Positions 32,848 to 50,166 of a stretch of DNA of 64,000 nt are shown here, piece by piece. The position numbers and the translations under genes were made by a program. Below the pieces are notes generated by a model that worked only from the letters and a program-made list of their open reading frames with translations, ran no database searches and was not told the origin of the DNA. This DNA comes from Escherichia coli (lineage in GTDB: Bacteria > Pseudomonadota > Gammaproteobacteria > Enterobacterales > Enterobacteriaceae), in NCBI RefSeq assembly GCF_044647545.1, contig NZ_CP172818.1. One strand, 5' to 3'. The stretch's first letter is position 1, and each line of letters begins with the position of its first letter.

Positions 32848-33923
32848 TTTGGCTGGCCGAACATTTGGTCAAATATTATTCCGGCTTTAACGTCTTTTCC
32901 TATCTGACGTTTCGCGCCATCGTCAGCCTGCTGACTGCGCTGTTCATCTCATTGTGGATGGGCCCGCGCATGATTGCTCATTTGCAAAAACTTTCCTTTG
33001 GTCAGGTGGTGCGTAACGACGGTCCTGAATCACACTTCAGCAAGCGCGGTACGCCGACCATGGGCGGGATTATGATCCTGACAGCGATTGTGATCTCCGT
33101 ACTGCTGTGGGCTTACCCGTCCAATCCGTACGTCTGGTGCGTGTTGGTAGTGCTGGTAGGTTACGGTGTTATTGGCTTTGTTGATGATTATCGCAAAGTA
33201 GTGCGTAAAGACACCAAAGGGTTGATCGCTCGTTGGAAGTATTTCTGGATGTCGGTCATTGCGCTGGGTGTCGCCTTCGCGCTGTACCTTGTTGGCAAAG
33301 ACACGCCCGCAACGCAGCTGGTGGTCCCATTTTTTAAAGATGTGATGCCGCAACTGGGGCTGTTCTACATTCTGCTGGCTTACTTCGTCATTGTGGGTAC
33401 TGGCAACGCGGTAAACCTGACCGATGGTCTTGACGGTCTGGCAATTATGCCGACCGTATTTGTCGCCGGTGGTTTTGCGCTGGTGGCGTGGGCGACCGGC
33501 AACATGAACTTTGCCAGCTATTTACACATACCGTATCTGCGACACGCCGGGGAACTGGTTATTGTCTGTACCGCGATAGTCGGGGCAGGACTGGGCTTCC
33601 TGTGGTTTAACACCTATCCGGCGCAGGTCTTTATGGGCGATGTCGGTTCGCTGGCGTTAGGTGGTGCGTTAGGCATTATCGCCGTACTGCTACGTCAGGA
33701 ATTCCTGCTGGTGATTATGGGGGGCGTGTTCGTGGTAGAAACGCTTTCTGTCATCCTGCAGGTCGGCTCCTTTAAACTGCGCGGACAACGTATTTTCCGC
33801 ATGGCACCGATTCATCACCACTATGAACTGAAAGGCTGGCCGGAACCGCGCGTCATTGTACGTTTCTGGATTATTTCGCTGATGCTGGTCCTGATTGGTC
33901 TGGCAACGCTGAAGGTACGTTAA
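32841..33923 (+). CDS. mraY: phospho-MurNAc-pentapeptide translocase
   Basis: 360-aa polytopic membrane ORF. Confidence 0.95.
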   Translation: MLVWLAEHLVKYYSGFNVFSYLTFRAIVSLLTALFISLWMGPRMIAHLQKLSFGQVVRNDGPESHFSKRGTPTMGGIMILTAIVISVLLWAYPSNPYVWCVLVVLVGYGVIGFVDDYRKVVRKDTKGLIARWKYFWMSVIALGVAFALYLVGKDTPATQLVVPFFKDVMPQLGLFYILLAYFVIVGTGNAVNLTDGLDGLAIMPTVFVAGGFALVAWATGNMNFASYLHIPYLRHAGELVIVCTAIVGAGLGFLWFNTYPAQVFMGDVGSLALGGALGIIAVLLRQEFLLVIMGGVFVVETLSVILQVGSFKLRGQRIFRMAPIHHHYELKGWPEPRVIVRFWIISLMLVLIGLATLKVR

Positions 33924-33925
33924 TC

Positions 33926-35242
33926 ATGGCTGATTACCAGGGTAAAAATGTCGTCATTATCGGCCTGGGCCTCACCGGGCTTTCTTGCGTGGACTTTTTC
34001 CTCGCTCGCGGTGTGACGCCGCGCGTTATGGATACGCGTATGACACCGCCTGGCCTGGATAAATTACCCGAAGCTGTAGAACGCCACACGGGCGGTCTGA
34101 ATGATGAATGGCTGATGGCGGCCGATCTGATTGTCGCCAGTCCCGGTATTGCACTGGCGCATCCATCCTTAAGCGCTGCCGCTGATGCCGGAATCGAAAT
34201 CGTTGGCGATATCGAGCTGTTCTGTCGTGAAGCACAAGCACCGATTGTGGCGATCACCGGTTCTAACGGCAAAAGCACGGTCACCACGCTAGTGGGTGAA
34301 ATGGCGAAAGCGGCGGGGGTTAACGTTGGTGTGGGTGGCAATATTGGCCTGCCTGCGTTGATGCTGCTGGATGATGAGTGCGAACTGTACGTGCTGGAGC
34401 TGTCGAGCTTCCAGCTTGAAACCACCTCCAGTTTACAGGCGGTAGCAGCGACCATTCTGAACGTGACTGAAGATCATATGGATCGCTATCCGTTTGGTTT
34501 ACAACAGTATCGTGCAGCAAAACTGCGCATTTACGAAAACGCAAAAATTTGCGTGGTTAATGCTGATGATGCCTTAACAATGCCGATTCGCGGTGCGGAT
34601 GAACGCTGCGTCAGCTTTGGCGTCAACATGGGTGACTATCACCTGAATCATCAGCAGGGTGAAACCTGGCTGCGGGTGAAAGGCGAGAAAGTGCTGAACG
34701 TGAAAGAAATGAAACTTTCCGGGCAGCATAACTACACCAATGCACTGGCAGCTCTGGCACTGGCAGATGCCGCTGGTTTGCCGCGAGCCAGCAGCCTGAA
34801 AGCATTAACCACATTCACTGGTCTGCCGCATCGCTTTGAAGTTGTGCTGGAGCATAACGGTGTGCGCTGGATTAACGATTCAAAAGCGACCAACGTCGGC
34901 AGTACGGAAGCGGCACTGAATGGCCTGCACGTAGACGGCACGCTGCATTTGTTGCTGGGCGGCGATGGTAAATCGGCAGATTTTAGCCCACTGGCGCGTT
35001 ACCTGAATGGCGATAACGTACGTCTGTATTGTTTCGGTCGGGACGGCGCGCAGCTGGCGGCGCTACGCCCGGAAGTGGCAGAACAAACCGAAACCATGGA
35101 ACAGGCGATGCGCTTGCTGGCTCCGCGTGTTCAGCCGGGCGATATGGTTCTGCTCTCCCCGGCCTGTGCCAGCCTTGATCAGTTCAAGAACTTTGAACAA
35201 CGAGGCAATGAGTTTGCCCGTCTGGCGAAGGAGTTAGGTTGA
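33926..35242 (+). CDS. murD: UDP-MurNAc-L-Ala–D-Glu ligase
   Basis: 438-aa Mur ligase, GSNGKST motif. Confidence 0.95.
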
Positions 35243-36486
35243 TGCGTTTATCTCTCCCTCGCCTGAAAATGCCGCGCCTGCCAGGATTCAGTATTCTGGT
35301 CTGGATCTCCACGGCGCTAAAGGGCTGGGTGATGGGCTCGCGGGAAAAAGATACCGACAGCCTGATCATGTACGATCGCACCTTACTGTGGCTGACCTTC
35401 GGCCTCGCGGCGATTGGCTTTATCATGGTGACCTCGGCGTCAATGCCCATAGGGCAACGCTTAACCAACGATCCGTTCTTCTTCGCGAAGCGTGATGGCG
35501 TCTATCTGATCCTGGCATTCATTCTGGCGATCATTACGCTGCGTCTGCCGATGGAGTTCTGGCAACGCTACAGTGCCACGATGCTGCTCGGATCTATCAT
35601 CCTGCTGATGATCGTTCTGGTAGTGGGTAGCTCGGTTAAAGGGGCATCGCGTTGGATCGATCTCGGTTTGCTGCGTATTCAGCCTGCGGAGCTGACAAAA
35701 CTGTCGCTGTTTTGCTATATCGCCAACTATCTGGTGCGTAAAGGCGACGAAGTACGTAATAACCTGCGCGGCTTTCTGAAACCGATGGGCGTAATTCTGG
35801 TGTTGGCAGTGTTACTGCTGGCACAGCCAGACCTTGGTACGGTGGTGGTGTTGTTTGTGACTACGCTGGCGATGTTGTTCCTGGCGGGAGCGAAATTGTG
35901 GCAGTTCATTGCCATTATCGGTATGGGCATTTCAGCGGTTGTGTTGCTGATCCTCGCCGAACCGTACCGTATCCGCCGTGTTACCGCATTCTGGAATCCG
36001 TGGGAAGATCCCTTTGGCAGCGGCTATCAGTTAACGCAATCGTTGATGGCGTTTGGTCGCGGTGAACTGTGGGGACAAGGTTTAGGTAACTCGGTACAAA
36101 AACTGGAGTATCTGCCGGAAGCGCACACTGACTTTATTTTCGCCATTATCGGCGAAGAACTGGGGTATGTCGGTGTGGTGCTGGCACTTTTAATGGTATT
36201 CTTCGTCGCTTTTCGCGCGATGTCGATTGGCCGCAAAGCATTAGAAATTGACCACCGTTTTTCCGGTTTTCTCGCCTGTTCTATTGGTATCTGGTTTAGT
36301 TTCCAGGCGCTGGTTAACGTAGGCGCGGCGGCGGGGATGTTACCGACCAAAGGTCTGACATTGCCGCTGATCAGTTACGGTGGTTCGAGCTTACTGATTA
36401 TGTCGACAGCCATCATGATGCTGTTGCGTATTGATTATGAAACGCGTCTGGAGAAAGCGCAGGCGTTTGTACGAGGTTCACGATGA
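35239..36486 (+). CDS. ftsW: peptidoglycan glycosyltransferase / lipid II flippase FtsW (SEDS family)
   Basis: 414/415-aa polytopic [19 protein letters not shown]...; start within 3 nt. Confidence 0.95.
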
Positions 36487-37550
36487 GTGGTCAAGGAAAG
36501 CGATTAATGGTGATGGCAGGCGGAACCGGTGGACATGTATTCCCGGGACTGGCGGTTGCGCACCATCTAATGGCTCAGGGTTGGCAAGTTCGCTGGCTGG
36601 GGACTGCCGACCGTATGGAAGCGGACTTAGTGCCAAAACATGGCATCGAAATTGATTTCATTCGTATCTCTGGTCTGCGTGGAAAAGGTATAAAAGCACT
36701 GATAGCTGCGCCGCTGCGTATCTTCAACGCCTGGCGTCAGGCGCGGGCGATTATGAAAGCGTACAAACCTGACGTGGTGCTCGGTATGGGCGGCTATGTA
36801 TCAGGTCCAGGTGGTCTGGCTGCGTGGTCGTTAGGCATTCCGGTTGTACTTCATGAACAAAACGGTATTGCGGGCTTAACCAATAAATGGCTGGCTAAGA
36901 TTGCCACCAAAGTGATGCAGGCGTTTCCAGGCGCTTTCCCTAATGCGGAAGTGGTGGGTAACCCGGTGCGTACCGATGTGCTGGCGCTGCCGTTGCCGCA
37001 GCAACGTTTGGCTGGACGTGAAGGTCCGGTTCGTGTGTTGGTAGTGGGTGGTTCCCAGGGCGCACGCATTCTTAATCAGACAATGCCGCAGGTTGCTGCA
37101 AAACTGGGTGATTCAGTCACTATCTGGCATCAGAGCGGCAAAGGTTCGCAACAATCCGTTGAACAGGCGTATGCCGAAGCGGGACAACCGCAGCATAAAG
37201 TGACGGAATTTATTGATGATATGGCGGCGGCGTATGCGTGGGCGGATGTCGTTGTTTGCCGCTCCGGTGCGTTAACGGTGAGTGAAATCGCCGCGGCAGG
37301 ACTTCCGGCGTTGTTTGTGCCGTTTCAACATAAAGACCGTCAGCAATACTGGAATGCGCTACCGCTGGAAAAAGCGGGCGCAGCCAAAATTATCGAGCAG
37401 TCACAGCTTAGCGTGGATGCTGTCGCCAACACCCTGGCCGGGTGGTCGCGAGAAACCTTATTAACCATGGCAGAACGCGCCCGGGCTGCATCCATTCCGG
37501 ATGCCACCGAGCGAGTGGCAAATGAAGTGAGCCGGGCTGCCCGGGCGTAA
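36483..37550 (+). CDS. murG: UDP-GlcNAc:lipid I GlcNAc transferase
   Basis: 355-aa [17 protein letters not shown] motif. Confidence 0.95.
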
Positions 37551-37603
37551 TTGTAGCGATGCCTTTTGCATCGTATGAATTTAAGAAGTTAATGGCGTAA
37601 AGA

Positions 37604-39992
<2,389 letters not shown>

Positions 39993-39993
39993 T

Positions 39994-40824
39994 ATGTCGC
40001 AGGCTGCTCTGAACACGCGAAACAGCGAAGAAGAGGTTTCTTCTCGCCGCAATAATGGAACGCGTCTGGCGGGGATCCTTTTCCTGCTGACCGTTTTAAC
40101 GACAGTGTTGGTGAGCGGCTGGGTCGTGTTGGGCTGGATGGAAGATGCGCAACGCCTGCCGCTCTCAAAGCTGGTGTTGACCGGTGAACGCCATTACACG
40201 CGTAATGACGATATCCGGCAGTCGATCCTGGCATTGGGTGAGCCAGGTACCTTTATGACCCAGGATGTCAACATCATCCAGACGCAAATAGAACAACGCC
40301 TGCCGTGGATTAAGCAGGTGAGCGTCAGAAAGCAGTGGCCTGATGAATTGAAGATTCATCTGGTTGAATATGTGCCGATTGCGCGGTGGAATGATCAACA
40401 TATGGTAGACGCGGAAGGAAACACTTTCAGCGTGCCGCCAGATCGCACCAGCAAGCAGGTGCTTCCAATGCTGTATGGCCCGGAAGGCAGCGCCAATGAA
40501 GTGTTGCAGGGCTATCGCGAAATGGGGCAGATGCTGGCAAAGGACAGATTTACTCTGAAGGAAGCGGCGATGACCGCGCGGCGTTCCTGGCAGTTGACGC
40601 TGAATAACGATATTAAGCTCAATCTTGGCCGGGGCGATACGATGAAACGTTTGGCTCGCTTTGTAGAACTTTATCCGGTTTTACAGCAGCAGGCGCAAAC
40701 CGATGGCAAACGGATTAGCTACGTTGATTTGCGTTATGACTCTGGAGCGGCAGTAGGCTGGGCGCCCTTGCCGCCAGAGGAATCTACTCAGCAACAAAAT
40801 CAGGCACAGGCAGAACAACAATGA
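39994..40824 (+). CDS. ftsQ: cell division protein FtsQ
   Basis: 276-aa ORF with a single transmembrane segment. Confidence 0.95.
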   Translation: MSQAALNTRNSEEEVSSRRNNGTRLAGILFLLTVLTTVLVSGWVVLGWMEDAQRLPLSKLVLTGERHYTRNDDIRQSILALGEPGTFMTQDVNIIQTQIEQRLPWIKQVSVRKQWPDELKIHLVEYVPIARWNDQHMVDAEGNTFSVPPDRTSKQVLPMLYGPEGSANEVLQGYREMGQMLAKDRFTLKEAAMTARRSWQLTLNNDIKLNLGRGDTMKRLARFVELYPVLQQQAQTDGKRISYVDLRYDSGAAVGWAPLPPEESTQQQNQAQAEQQ

Positions 40825-42083
40825 TCAAGGCGACGGACAGAAAACTGGTAGTAGGACTGGAGATTGGTACCGCGAAGGTTGCCGCTTTAGTAGGGGAAGT
40901 TCTGCCCGACGGTATGGTCAATATCATTGGCGTGGGCAGCTGCCCGTCGCGTGGTATGGATAAAGGCGGGGTGAACGACCTCGAATCCGTGGTCAAGTGC
41001 GTACAACGCGCCATTGACCAGGCAGAATTGATGGCAGATTGTCAGATCTCTTCGGTATATCTGGCGCTTTCTGGTAAGCACATCAGCTGCCAGAATGAAA
41101 TTGGTATGGTGCCTATTTCTGAAGAAGAAGTGACGCAAGAAGATGTGGAAAACGTCGTCCATACCGCGAAATCGGTGCGTGTGCGCGATGAGCATCGTGT
41201 GCTGCATGTGATCCCGCAAGAGTATGCGATTGACTATCAGGAAGGGATCAAGAATCCGGTAGGACTTTCGGGCGTGCGGATGCAGGCAAAAGTGCACCTG
41301 ATCACATGTCACAACGATATGGCGAAAAACATCGTCAAAGCGGTTGAACGTTGTGGGCTGAAAGTTGACCAACTGATATTTGCCGGACTGGCATCAAGTT
41401 ATTCGGTATTGACGGAAGATGAACGTGAACTGGGTGTCTGCGTTGTCGATATCGGTGGTGGTACAATGGATATCGCCGTTTATACCGGTGGGGCATTGCG
41501 CCACACGAAGGTAATTCCTTATGCTGGCAATGTCGTGACCAGTGATATCGCTTACGCCTTTGGCACACCGCCAAGTGACGCCGAAGCGATTAAAGTTCGC
41601 CACGGTTGTGCGCTGGGTTCCATCGTTGGAAAAGATGAGAGCGTGGAAGTGCCGAGCGTAGGCGGTCGTCCACCGCGGAGTCTGCAACGTCAGACCCTGG
41701 CAGAGGTGATCGAGCCGCGCTATACCGAGCTGCTCAATCTGGTCAACGAAGAGATATTGCAGTTGCAGGAAAAGCTTCGCCAACAAGGGGTTAAACATCA
41801 CCTGGCGGCAGGCATTGTATTAACCGGTGGCGCAGCGCAGATTGAAGGTCTTGCAGCCTGTGCTCAGCGCGTGTTTCATACGCAGGTGCGTATCGGCGCG
41901 CCGCTGAACATTACCGGTTTAACGGATTATGCTCAGGAGCCGTATTATTCGACGGCGGTGGGATTGCTTCATTACGGGAAAGAGTCACATCTTAACGGTG
42001 AAGCTGAAGTAGAAAAACGTGTTACAGCATCAGTTGGCTCGTGGATCAAGCGACTCAATAGTTGGCTGCGAAAAGAGTTTTAA
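40821..42083 (+). CDS. ftsA: cell division protein FtsA (actin-like ATPase)
   Basis: 420-aa [23 protein letters not shown]... Confidence 0.95.
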   Translation: MIKATDRKLVVGLEIGTAKVAALVGEVLPDGMVNIIGVGSCPSRGMDKGGVNDLESVVKCVQRAIDQAELMADCQISSVYLALSGKHISCQNEIGMVPISEEEVTQEDVENVVHTAKSVRVRDEHRVLHVIPQEYAIDYQEGIKNPVGLSGVRMQAKVHLITCHNDMAKNIVKAVERCGLKVDQLIFAGLASSYSVLTEDERELGVCVVDIGGGTMDIAVYTGGALRHTKVIPYAGNVVTSDIAYAFGTPPSDAEAIKVRHGCALGSIVGKDESVEVPSVGGRPPRSLQRQTLAEVIEPRYTELLNLVNEEILQLQEKLRQQGVKHHLAAGIVLTGGAAQIEGLAACAQRVFHTQVRIGAPLNITGLTDYAQEPYYSTAVGLLHYGKESHLNGEAEVEKRVTASVGSWIKRLNSWLRKEF

Positions 42084-42143
42084 TTTTTATGAGGCCGACG
42101 ATGATTACGGCCTCAGGCGACAGGCACAAATCGGAGAGAAACT

Positions 42144-43295
42144 ATGTTTGAACCAATGGAACTTACCAATGACGCGGTGATTAAAGTCATCGGCGTCGGC
42201 GGCGGCGGCGGTAATGCTGTTGAACACATGGTGCGCGAGCGCATTGAAGGTGTTGAATTCTTCGCGGTAAATACCGATGCACAAGCGCTGCGTAAAACAG
42301 CGGTTGGACAGACGATTCAAATCGGTAGCGGTATCACCAAAGGACTGGGAGCTGGCGCTAATCCAGAAGTTGGCCGCAATGCGGCTGATGAGGATCGCGA
42401 TGCACTGCGTGCGGCGCTGGAAGGTGCAGACATGGTCTTTATTGCTGCGGGTATGGGTGGTGGTACCGGTACAGGTGCAGCACCAGTCGTCGCTGAAGTG
42501 GCAAAAGATTTGGGTATCCTGACCGTTGCTGTCGTCACTAAGCCCTTCAACTTTGAAGGCAAGAAGCGTATGGCATTCGCGGAGCAGGGGATCACTGAAC
42601 TGTCCAAGCATGTGGACTCTTTGATCACTATCCCGAACGACAAACTGCTGAAAGTTCTGGGCCGCGGTATCTCCCTGCTGGATGCGTTTGGCGCAGCGAA
42701 CGATGTACTGAAAGGTGCTGTACAAGGTATCGCCGAACTGATTACTCGTCCGGGTTTGATGAACGTGGACTTTGCAGACGTTCGCACCGTAATGTCTGAA
42801 ATGGGCTACGCAATGATGGGTTCTGGCGTGGCGAGCGGTGAAGACCGTGCGGAAGAAGCTGCTGAAATGGCTATCTCTTCTCCGCTGCTGGAAGATATCG
42901 ACCTGTCTGGCGCGCGCGGCGTGCTGGTTAACATCACAGCGGGCTTCGACCTGCGTCTGGATGAGTTCGAAACGGTAGGTAACACCATCCGTGCATTTGC
43001 TTCCGACAACGCGACTGTGGTTATCGGTACTTCTCTTGACCCGGATATGAATGACGAGCTGCGCGTAACTGTTGTTGCGACAGGTATCGGCATGGACAAA
43101 CGTCCTGAAATCACTCTGGTGACCAATAAGCAGGTTCAGCAGCCAGTGATGGATCGCTACCAGCAGCACGGGATGGCTCCGCTGACCCAGGAGCAGAAGC
43201 CGGTTGCTAAAGTCGTGAATGACAATGCGCCGCAAACTGCGAAAGAGCCGGATTATCTGGATATCCCAGCATTCCTGCGTAAGCAAGCTGATTAA
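42144..43295 (+). CDS. ftsZ: cell division GTPase FtsZ
   Basis: 383-aa ORF with tubulin signature GGGTGTG. Confidence 0.97.
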
Positions 43296-43374
43296 GAATT
43301 GACTGGAATTTGGGTTTCGAGGCTCTTTGTGCTAAACTGGCCCGCCGAATGTATAGTACACTTCGGTTGGATAG

Positions 43375-44313
<939 letters not shown>

Positions 44314-44335
44314 CGACATTTATACTGTCGTATAA

Positions 44336-45055
<720 letters not shown>

Positions 45056-45116
45056 CAACAATAAACCTTTACTTCATTTTATTAACTCCGCAACGCGGGG
45101 CGTTTGAGATTTTATT

Positions 45117-47822
45117 ATGCTAATCAAATTATTAACTAAAGTTTTCGGTAGTCGTAACGATCGCACCCTGCGCCGGATGCGCAAAGTGGTCAACATCATC
45201 AATGCCATGGAACCGGAGATGGAAAAACTCTCCGACGAAGAACTGAAAGGGAAAACCGCAGAGTTTCGTGCGCGTCTGGAAAAAGGCGAAGTGCTGGAAA
45301 ACTTGATCCCGGAAGCCTTCGCTGTGGTGCGTGAAGCCAGTAAGCGTGTTTTTGGTATGCGTCACTTCGACGTTCAGTTACTCGGCGGTATGGTTCTTAA
45401 CGAACGCTGCATCGCCGAAATGCGTACCGGTGAAGGTAAAACCCTGACCGCAACGCTGCCTGCTTACCTGAACGCACTAACCGGTAAAGGCGTGCATGTA
45501 GTTACCGTCAACGACTACCTGGCGCAACGTGACGCCGAAAACAACCGTCCGCTGTTTGAATTCCTTGGCCTGACTGTTGGTATCAACCTGCCGGGCATGC
45601 CAGCACCGGCAAAGCGTGAAGCTTACGCAGCTGACATCACTTACGGTACGAACAACGAATACGGCTTTGACTACCTGCGCGACAACATGGCGTTCAGTCC
45701 TGAAGAACGTGTACAGCGTAAACTGCACTATGCGCTGGTGGACGAAGTGGACTCCATCCTGATCGATGAAGCGCGTACACCGCTGATCATTTCCGGCCCG
45801 GCAGAAGACAGCTCGGAAATGTATAAACGCGTGAATAAAATTATTCCGCACCTGATCCGTCAGGAAAAAGAAGACTCCGAAACCTTCCAGGGCGAAGGCC
45901 ACTTCTCGGTGGACGAAAAATCTCGCCAGGTGAACCTGACCGAACGTGGTCTGGTGCTGATTGAAGAACTGCTGGTGAAAGAAGGCATCATGGATGAAGG
46001 GGAGTCTCTGTACTCTCCGGCCAACATCATGCTGATGCACCACGTAACGGCGGCGCTGCGCGCTCATGCGCTGTTTACCCGAGACGTCGACTACATCGTT
46101 AAAGATGGTGAAGTTATCATCGTTGACGAACACACCGGTCGTACCATGCAGGGACGTCGTTGGTCCGATGGCCTGCATCAGGCAGTGGAAGCGAAAGAAG
46201 GTGTACAGATCCAGAACGAAAACCAGACGCTGGCGTCGATCACCTTCCAGAACTACTTCCGTCTGTATGAAAAACTGGCGGGGATGACTGGTACTGCTGA
46301 TACCGAAGCTTTCGAATTCAGCTCCATCTACAAGCTGGATACCGTCGTTGTTCCGACCAACCGTCCAATGATTCGTAAAGATCTGCCGGACCTGGTCTAC
46401 ATGACTGAAGCGGAAAAAATTCAGGCGATCATTGAAGATATCAAAGAACGTACTGCGAAAGGCCAACCGGTGCTGGTGGGTACTATCTCCATCGAAAAAT
46501 CGGAGCTGGTATCAAACGAACTGACCAAAGCCGGTATTAAGCACAACGTCCTGAACGCCAAATTCCACGCCAACGAAGCGGCGATTGTTGCTCAGGCAGG
46601 TTATCCGGCTGCGGTGACTATCGCGACCAACATGGCGGGTCGTGGTACAGATATTGTGCTCGGTGGTAGCTGGCAGGCAGAAGTTGCCGCGCTGGAAAAT
46701 CCGACCGCAGAGCAAATTGAAAAAATTAAAGCCGACTGGCAGGTACGTCACGATGCGGTACTGGCAGCAGGTGGCCTGCATATCATCGGTACTGAACGTC
46801 ACGAATCCCGTCGTATCGATAACCAGTTGCGCGGTCGTTCTGGTCGTCAGGGGGATGCTGGTTCTTCCCGTTTCTACCTGTCGATGGAAGATGCGCTGAT
46901 GCGTATTTTTGCTTCCGACCGAGTATCCGGCATGATGCGTAAACTGGGTATGAAGCCAGGCGAAGCCATTGAGCACCCGTGGGTGACCAAAGCGATTGCC
47001 AACGCCCAGCGTAAAGTTGAAAGCCGTAACTTCGACATTCGTAAGCAACTGCTGGAATATGATGACGTGGCTAACGATCAGCGTCGCGCCATTTACTCCC
47101 AGCGTAACGAACTGCTGGATGTCAGCGATGTGAGCGAAACCATCAACAGCATTCGTGAAGATGTGTTCAAAGCCACCATTGATGCCTACATTCCGCCACA
47201 GTCGCTGGAAGAAATGTGGGATATTCCGGGACTGCAGGAACGTCTGAAGAACGATTTCGACCTCGATTTGCCAATTGCCGAGTGGCTGGATAAAGAACCA
47301 GAACTGCATGAAGAGACGCTGCGTGAGCGCATTCTGGCGCAGTCCATCGAAGTGTATCAGCGTAAAGAAGAAGTGGTTGGTGCTGAGATGATGCGTCACT
47401 TCGAAAAAGGCGTCATGCTGCAAACTCTCGACTCTCTGTGGAAAGAGCACCTGGCGGCGATGGACTATCTGCGTCAGGGTATCCACCTGCGTGGCTATGC
47501 ACAGAAAGATCCGAAGCAGGAATACAAACGTGAATCGTTCTCCATGTTTGCAGCGATGCTGGAGTCGTTGAAATATGAAGTTATCAGCACGCTGAGCAAA
47601 GTTCAGGTACGTATGCCTGAAGAGGTTGAGGAGCTGGAACAACAGCGTCGTATGGAAGCCGAGCGTTTAGCGCAAATGCAGCAGCTTAGCCATCAGGATG
47701 ACGACTCTGCAGCTGCAGCTGCACTGGCGGCGCAAACCGGTGAGCGCAAAGTAGGACGTAACGATCCTTGCCCGTGCGGTTCTGGTAAAAAATACAAGCA
47801 GTGCCATGGTCGCCTGCAATAA
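45117..47822 (+). CDS. secA: preprotein translocase ATPase SecA
   Basis: 901-aa ORF; C-terminal zinc-binding [14 protein letters not shown]. Confidence 0.97.
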   Translation: MLIKLLTKVFGSRNDRTLRRMRKVVNIINAMEPEMEKLSDEELKGKTAEFRARLEKGEVLENLIPEAFAVVREASKRVFGMRHFDVQLLGGMVLNERCIAEMRTGEGKTLTATLPAYLNALTGKGVHVVTVNDYLAQRDAENNRPLFEFLGLTVGINLPGMPAPAKREAYAADITYGTNNEYGFDYLRDNMAFSPEERVQRKLHYALVDEVDSILIDEARTPLIISGPAEDSSEMYKRVNKIIPHLIRQEKEDSETFQGEGHFSVDEKSRQVNLTERGLVLIEELLVKEGIMDEGESLYSPANIMLMHHVTAALRAHALFTRDVDYIVKDGEVIIVDEHTGRTMQGRRWSDGLHQAVEAKEGVQIQNENQTLASITFQNYFRLYEKLAGMTGTADTEAFEFSSIYKLDTVVVPTNRPMIRKDLPDLVYMTEAEKIQAIIEDIKERTAKGQPVLVGTISIEKSELVSNELTKAGIKHNVLNAKFHANEAAIVAQAGYPAAVTIATNMAGRGTDIVLGGSWQAEVAALENPTAEQIEKIKADWQVRHDAVLAAGGLHIIGTERHESRRIDNQLRGRSGRQGDAGSSRFYLSMEDALMRIFASDRVSGMMRKLGMKPGEAIEHPWVTKAIANAQRKVESRNFDIRKQLLEYDDVANDQRRAIYSQRNELLDVSDVSETINSIREDVFKATIDAYIPPQSLEEMWDIPGLQERLKNDFDLDLPIAEWLDKEPELHEETLRERILAQSIEVYQRKEEVVGAEMMRHFEKGVMLQTLDSLWKEHLAAMDYLRQGIHLRGYAQKDPKQEYKRESFSMFAAMLESLKYEVISTLSKVQVRMPEEVEELEQQRRMEAERLAQMQQLSHQDDDSAAAAALAAQTGERKVGRNDPCPCGSGKKYKQCHGRLQ

Positions 47823-47839
47823 AAGCTAACAGTTGAAGT

Positions 47840-47869
47840 AAAAGGCGCAGGATTCTGCGCCTTTTTTAT
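47840..47869 (+). terminator. secA terminator hairpin
   Basis: aaaaggcgcag gattc tgcgcctttttt. Confidence 0.65.
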
Positions 47870-47881
47870 AGGTTTAAGACA

Positions 47882-48271
47882 ATGAAAAAGCTGCAAATTG
47901 CGGTAGGTATTATTCGCAACGAGAACAATGAAATCTTTATAACCCGTCGCGCAGCAGATGCGCACATGGCGAATAAACTGGAGTTTCCCGGCGGTAAAAT
48001 TGAAATGAGCGAAACGCCGGAACAGGCGGTGGTGCGTGAACTTCAGGAAGAGGTCGGGATTACCCCACAACATTTTTCGCTATTTGAAAAACTGGAATAT
48101 GAATTCCCGGACAGGCATATAACTCTGTGGTTCTGGCTGGTCGAAAGCTGGGAAGGGGAGCCGTGGGGTAAAGAAGGGCAACCCGGTGAGTGGATGTCGC
48201 TGGTCGGTCTGAATGCCGATGATTTTCCGCCAGCCAATGAACCGGTACTTGCGAAGCTTAAGCGTCTGTAG
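47882..48271 (+). CDS. mutT: 8-oxo-dGTP diphosphatase (Nudix)
   Basis: 129-aa ORF with Nudix box GGKIEMSETPEQAVVRELQEEVGI. Confidence 0.95.
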   Translation: MKKLQIAVGIIRNENNEIFITRRAADAHMANKLEFPGGKIEMSETPEQAVVRELQEEVGITPQHFSLFEKLEYEFPDRHITLWFWLVESWEGEPWGKEGQPGEWMSLVGLNADDFPPANEPVLAKLKRL

Positions 48272-48277
48272 GTCAGA

Positions 48278-48365
48278 TAAGACGTTTTCGCCGCATCCGA
48301 CATTCGCACACGATGCCTGATGCGACGCTCCGCCCGCGTCTTATCAGGCCAGCGTCGCATCAGAC
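48278..48365. repeat. REP palindromic unit(s) in the mutT–yacG intergenic region
   Basis: Inverted motifs gcctgatgcgacgct / agcgtcgcatcaga and ggtcagataagacg / cgtcttatcaggcc. Confidence 0.75.
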
Positions 48366-48371
48366 AAAATG

Positions 48372-48569
48372 TCACTGCTTTGGCTCTTCGCTCCAGTCAT
48401 CGCTTTCGGAAAGATCGCCACTGCTGGGGATTCGTTTTTCTTCAGCAGCCCATTCTCCGAGGTCGATCAGCTGACAACGTTTGGAGCAAAATGGCCGAAA
48501 CGGGCTGATTTCACCCCACACCACCGTTTTCCCGCAGGTTGGGCAATTCACCGTAATAGTTTCTGACAT
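48372..48569 (-). CDS. yacG: DNA gyrase inhibitor YacG (zinc ribbon)
   Basis: 65-aa [43 protein letters not shown]... Confidence 0.9.
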
Positions 48570-48578
48570 TTTTACTCC

Positions 48579-49322
48579 TTAGCAACAGGCCAGTTCGAAA
48601 TCCAGACGTTCCGGTACCTGTCCGTTTTCACTGTCCAGCGGCATAAAACGAATGGCAAAACGGCTCTTATGACCGGAAATTTGCGGATAAAGCTGTGAAT
48701 CGAGTGACAGATTCAGGCGCAGCAAGTCGGCATCGCCACCGTTATCCTGATAAAAACCATTCAGGCTGGTTTGTTTACGGAAGGGGGCCGACTGGCGAAT
48801 TAAATCCAGCACCATGGTAAGTGCCTGGGTGAGCGGGTTCAGGCTGGCAATCCAGGTTTCTACCTGGCTGTCGCGCTGCGCCTGGGGTAGATGCAGCCAA
48901 ATGTGCAATGTAGGTAAATCAAAGCTACAACAGCCGCCTGGGATGCTCAGTCGCTGACGCACCAGAGCAATCAAACGATCTTCACGCAGAAATTGCCCGA
49001 TACGCGGCGCGGAAATTAATACGCTCCCCGCCGCTTTTAACTGCTGAATTAATGCTTCAATACGGCTCTGGTCCACGCCGGGCACGCCAATCCAGGTCTG
49101 GAGTTTACGTTGCTGCCGGTCAAGTTCTTTCAACAGCTCAGTGCGGACTTCGCCGCGCTCGAAAACATCCAGTAATTCACTGACATTACGGAAGAAATGC
49201 AGCGCGCCAGCGTGGTCAACGATGGGTAAATTAACGGTAAGTTGCTGAATCAAAAACTCAATGCGCAGCCATGTACGCATTTTTTCATTTAGTGGATGTT
49301 CAAAAAGGACCTGGGTCTGCAT
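48579..49322 (-). CDS. zapD: cell division factor ZapD
   Basis: 247-aa [27 protein letters not shown]... Confidence 0.9.
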
Positions 49323-49942
49323 TACGGTTTTTCCTGTGAGACAAACTGCGACGCAAGCTGCAAATAGTGTGCGTGCAGGCGGGCAACATCCGATGCGATA
49401 GCATCCGGTGCGCCGTTATTATCAATGACGTCATCTGCCACGGCAAGGCGAGCTTCGCGCGGTGCCTGGGCAGCAAGGATTTGTTCGACATGCTCGCGAG
49501 TTACATCATCGCGCTGCATGGTGCGCTTAAGTTGCGTTTCTGGGCTGACATCCACCACCAGCACTCGATTCGCTTTTTTATACAGTGAGTTTTCTACCAG
49601 CAATGGCACAACCCACAGTACATAGGGGGAAGTTGCTTGCTGGATCTGGTGTTGCGTCTCTTGCTGAATCAGCGGATGCAGCAGGGCGTTAAGCCAGTTT
49701 TTCTCTTCCGGGTTGGCGAAAATCCGCTCGCGCAAGGCCCGGCGCTGCAATGTTCCATCAGCAGCAATTATGTTAGCGCCAAAGTGATCAGCAATGGCAT
49801 GTAGCGCAGGTGCACCTGGTTCAACCACCTGACGCGCAATAATATCGGCATCAATGACGTTAATTCCGAGATCAGCAAACGCATTGGCAACGGTACTCTT
49901 GCCACTGCCAATGCCTCCCGTTAAGGCAACTATATACCTCAT
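49322..49942 (-). CDS. coaE: dephospho-CoA kinase
   Basis: 206-aa ORF with P-loop GGIGSGKST. Confidence 0.95.
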
Positions 49943-50166
49943 AATTTATATTCCCGGGAATTCATCATGATTATCAAAACGTTAAAAATGAGCGCACGAA
50001 AGCGAAATTGATGAAACGTTCGCTCACTATTTACCAGGTAAATTTATGGGATTGTAGCGTAAAAAAAGACAATTTCGCAGTCTTGCGCCGCATTGATTAG
50101 TGCGTATGATAGCGTCACTGGAGTTGCGCTCTTACCCTTATAGCCATTAACCCCAGGAATCCGCAC

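Noticed and set aside
42105-43286. 393-aa minus-strand ORF
   Set aside because: Antisense to ftsZ, which is certain.
45477-47642. 329-aa and 376-aa minus-strand ORFs
   Set aside because: Antisense within secA; long stop-free antisense frames are common opposite highly expressed, codon-biased genes.
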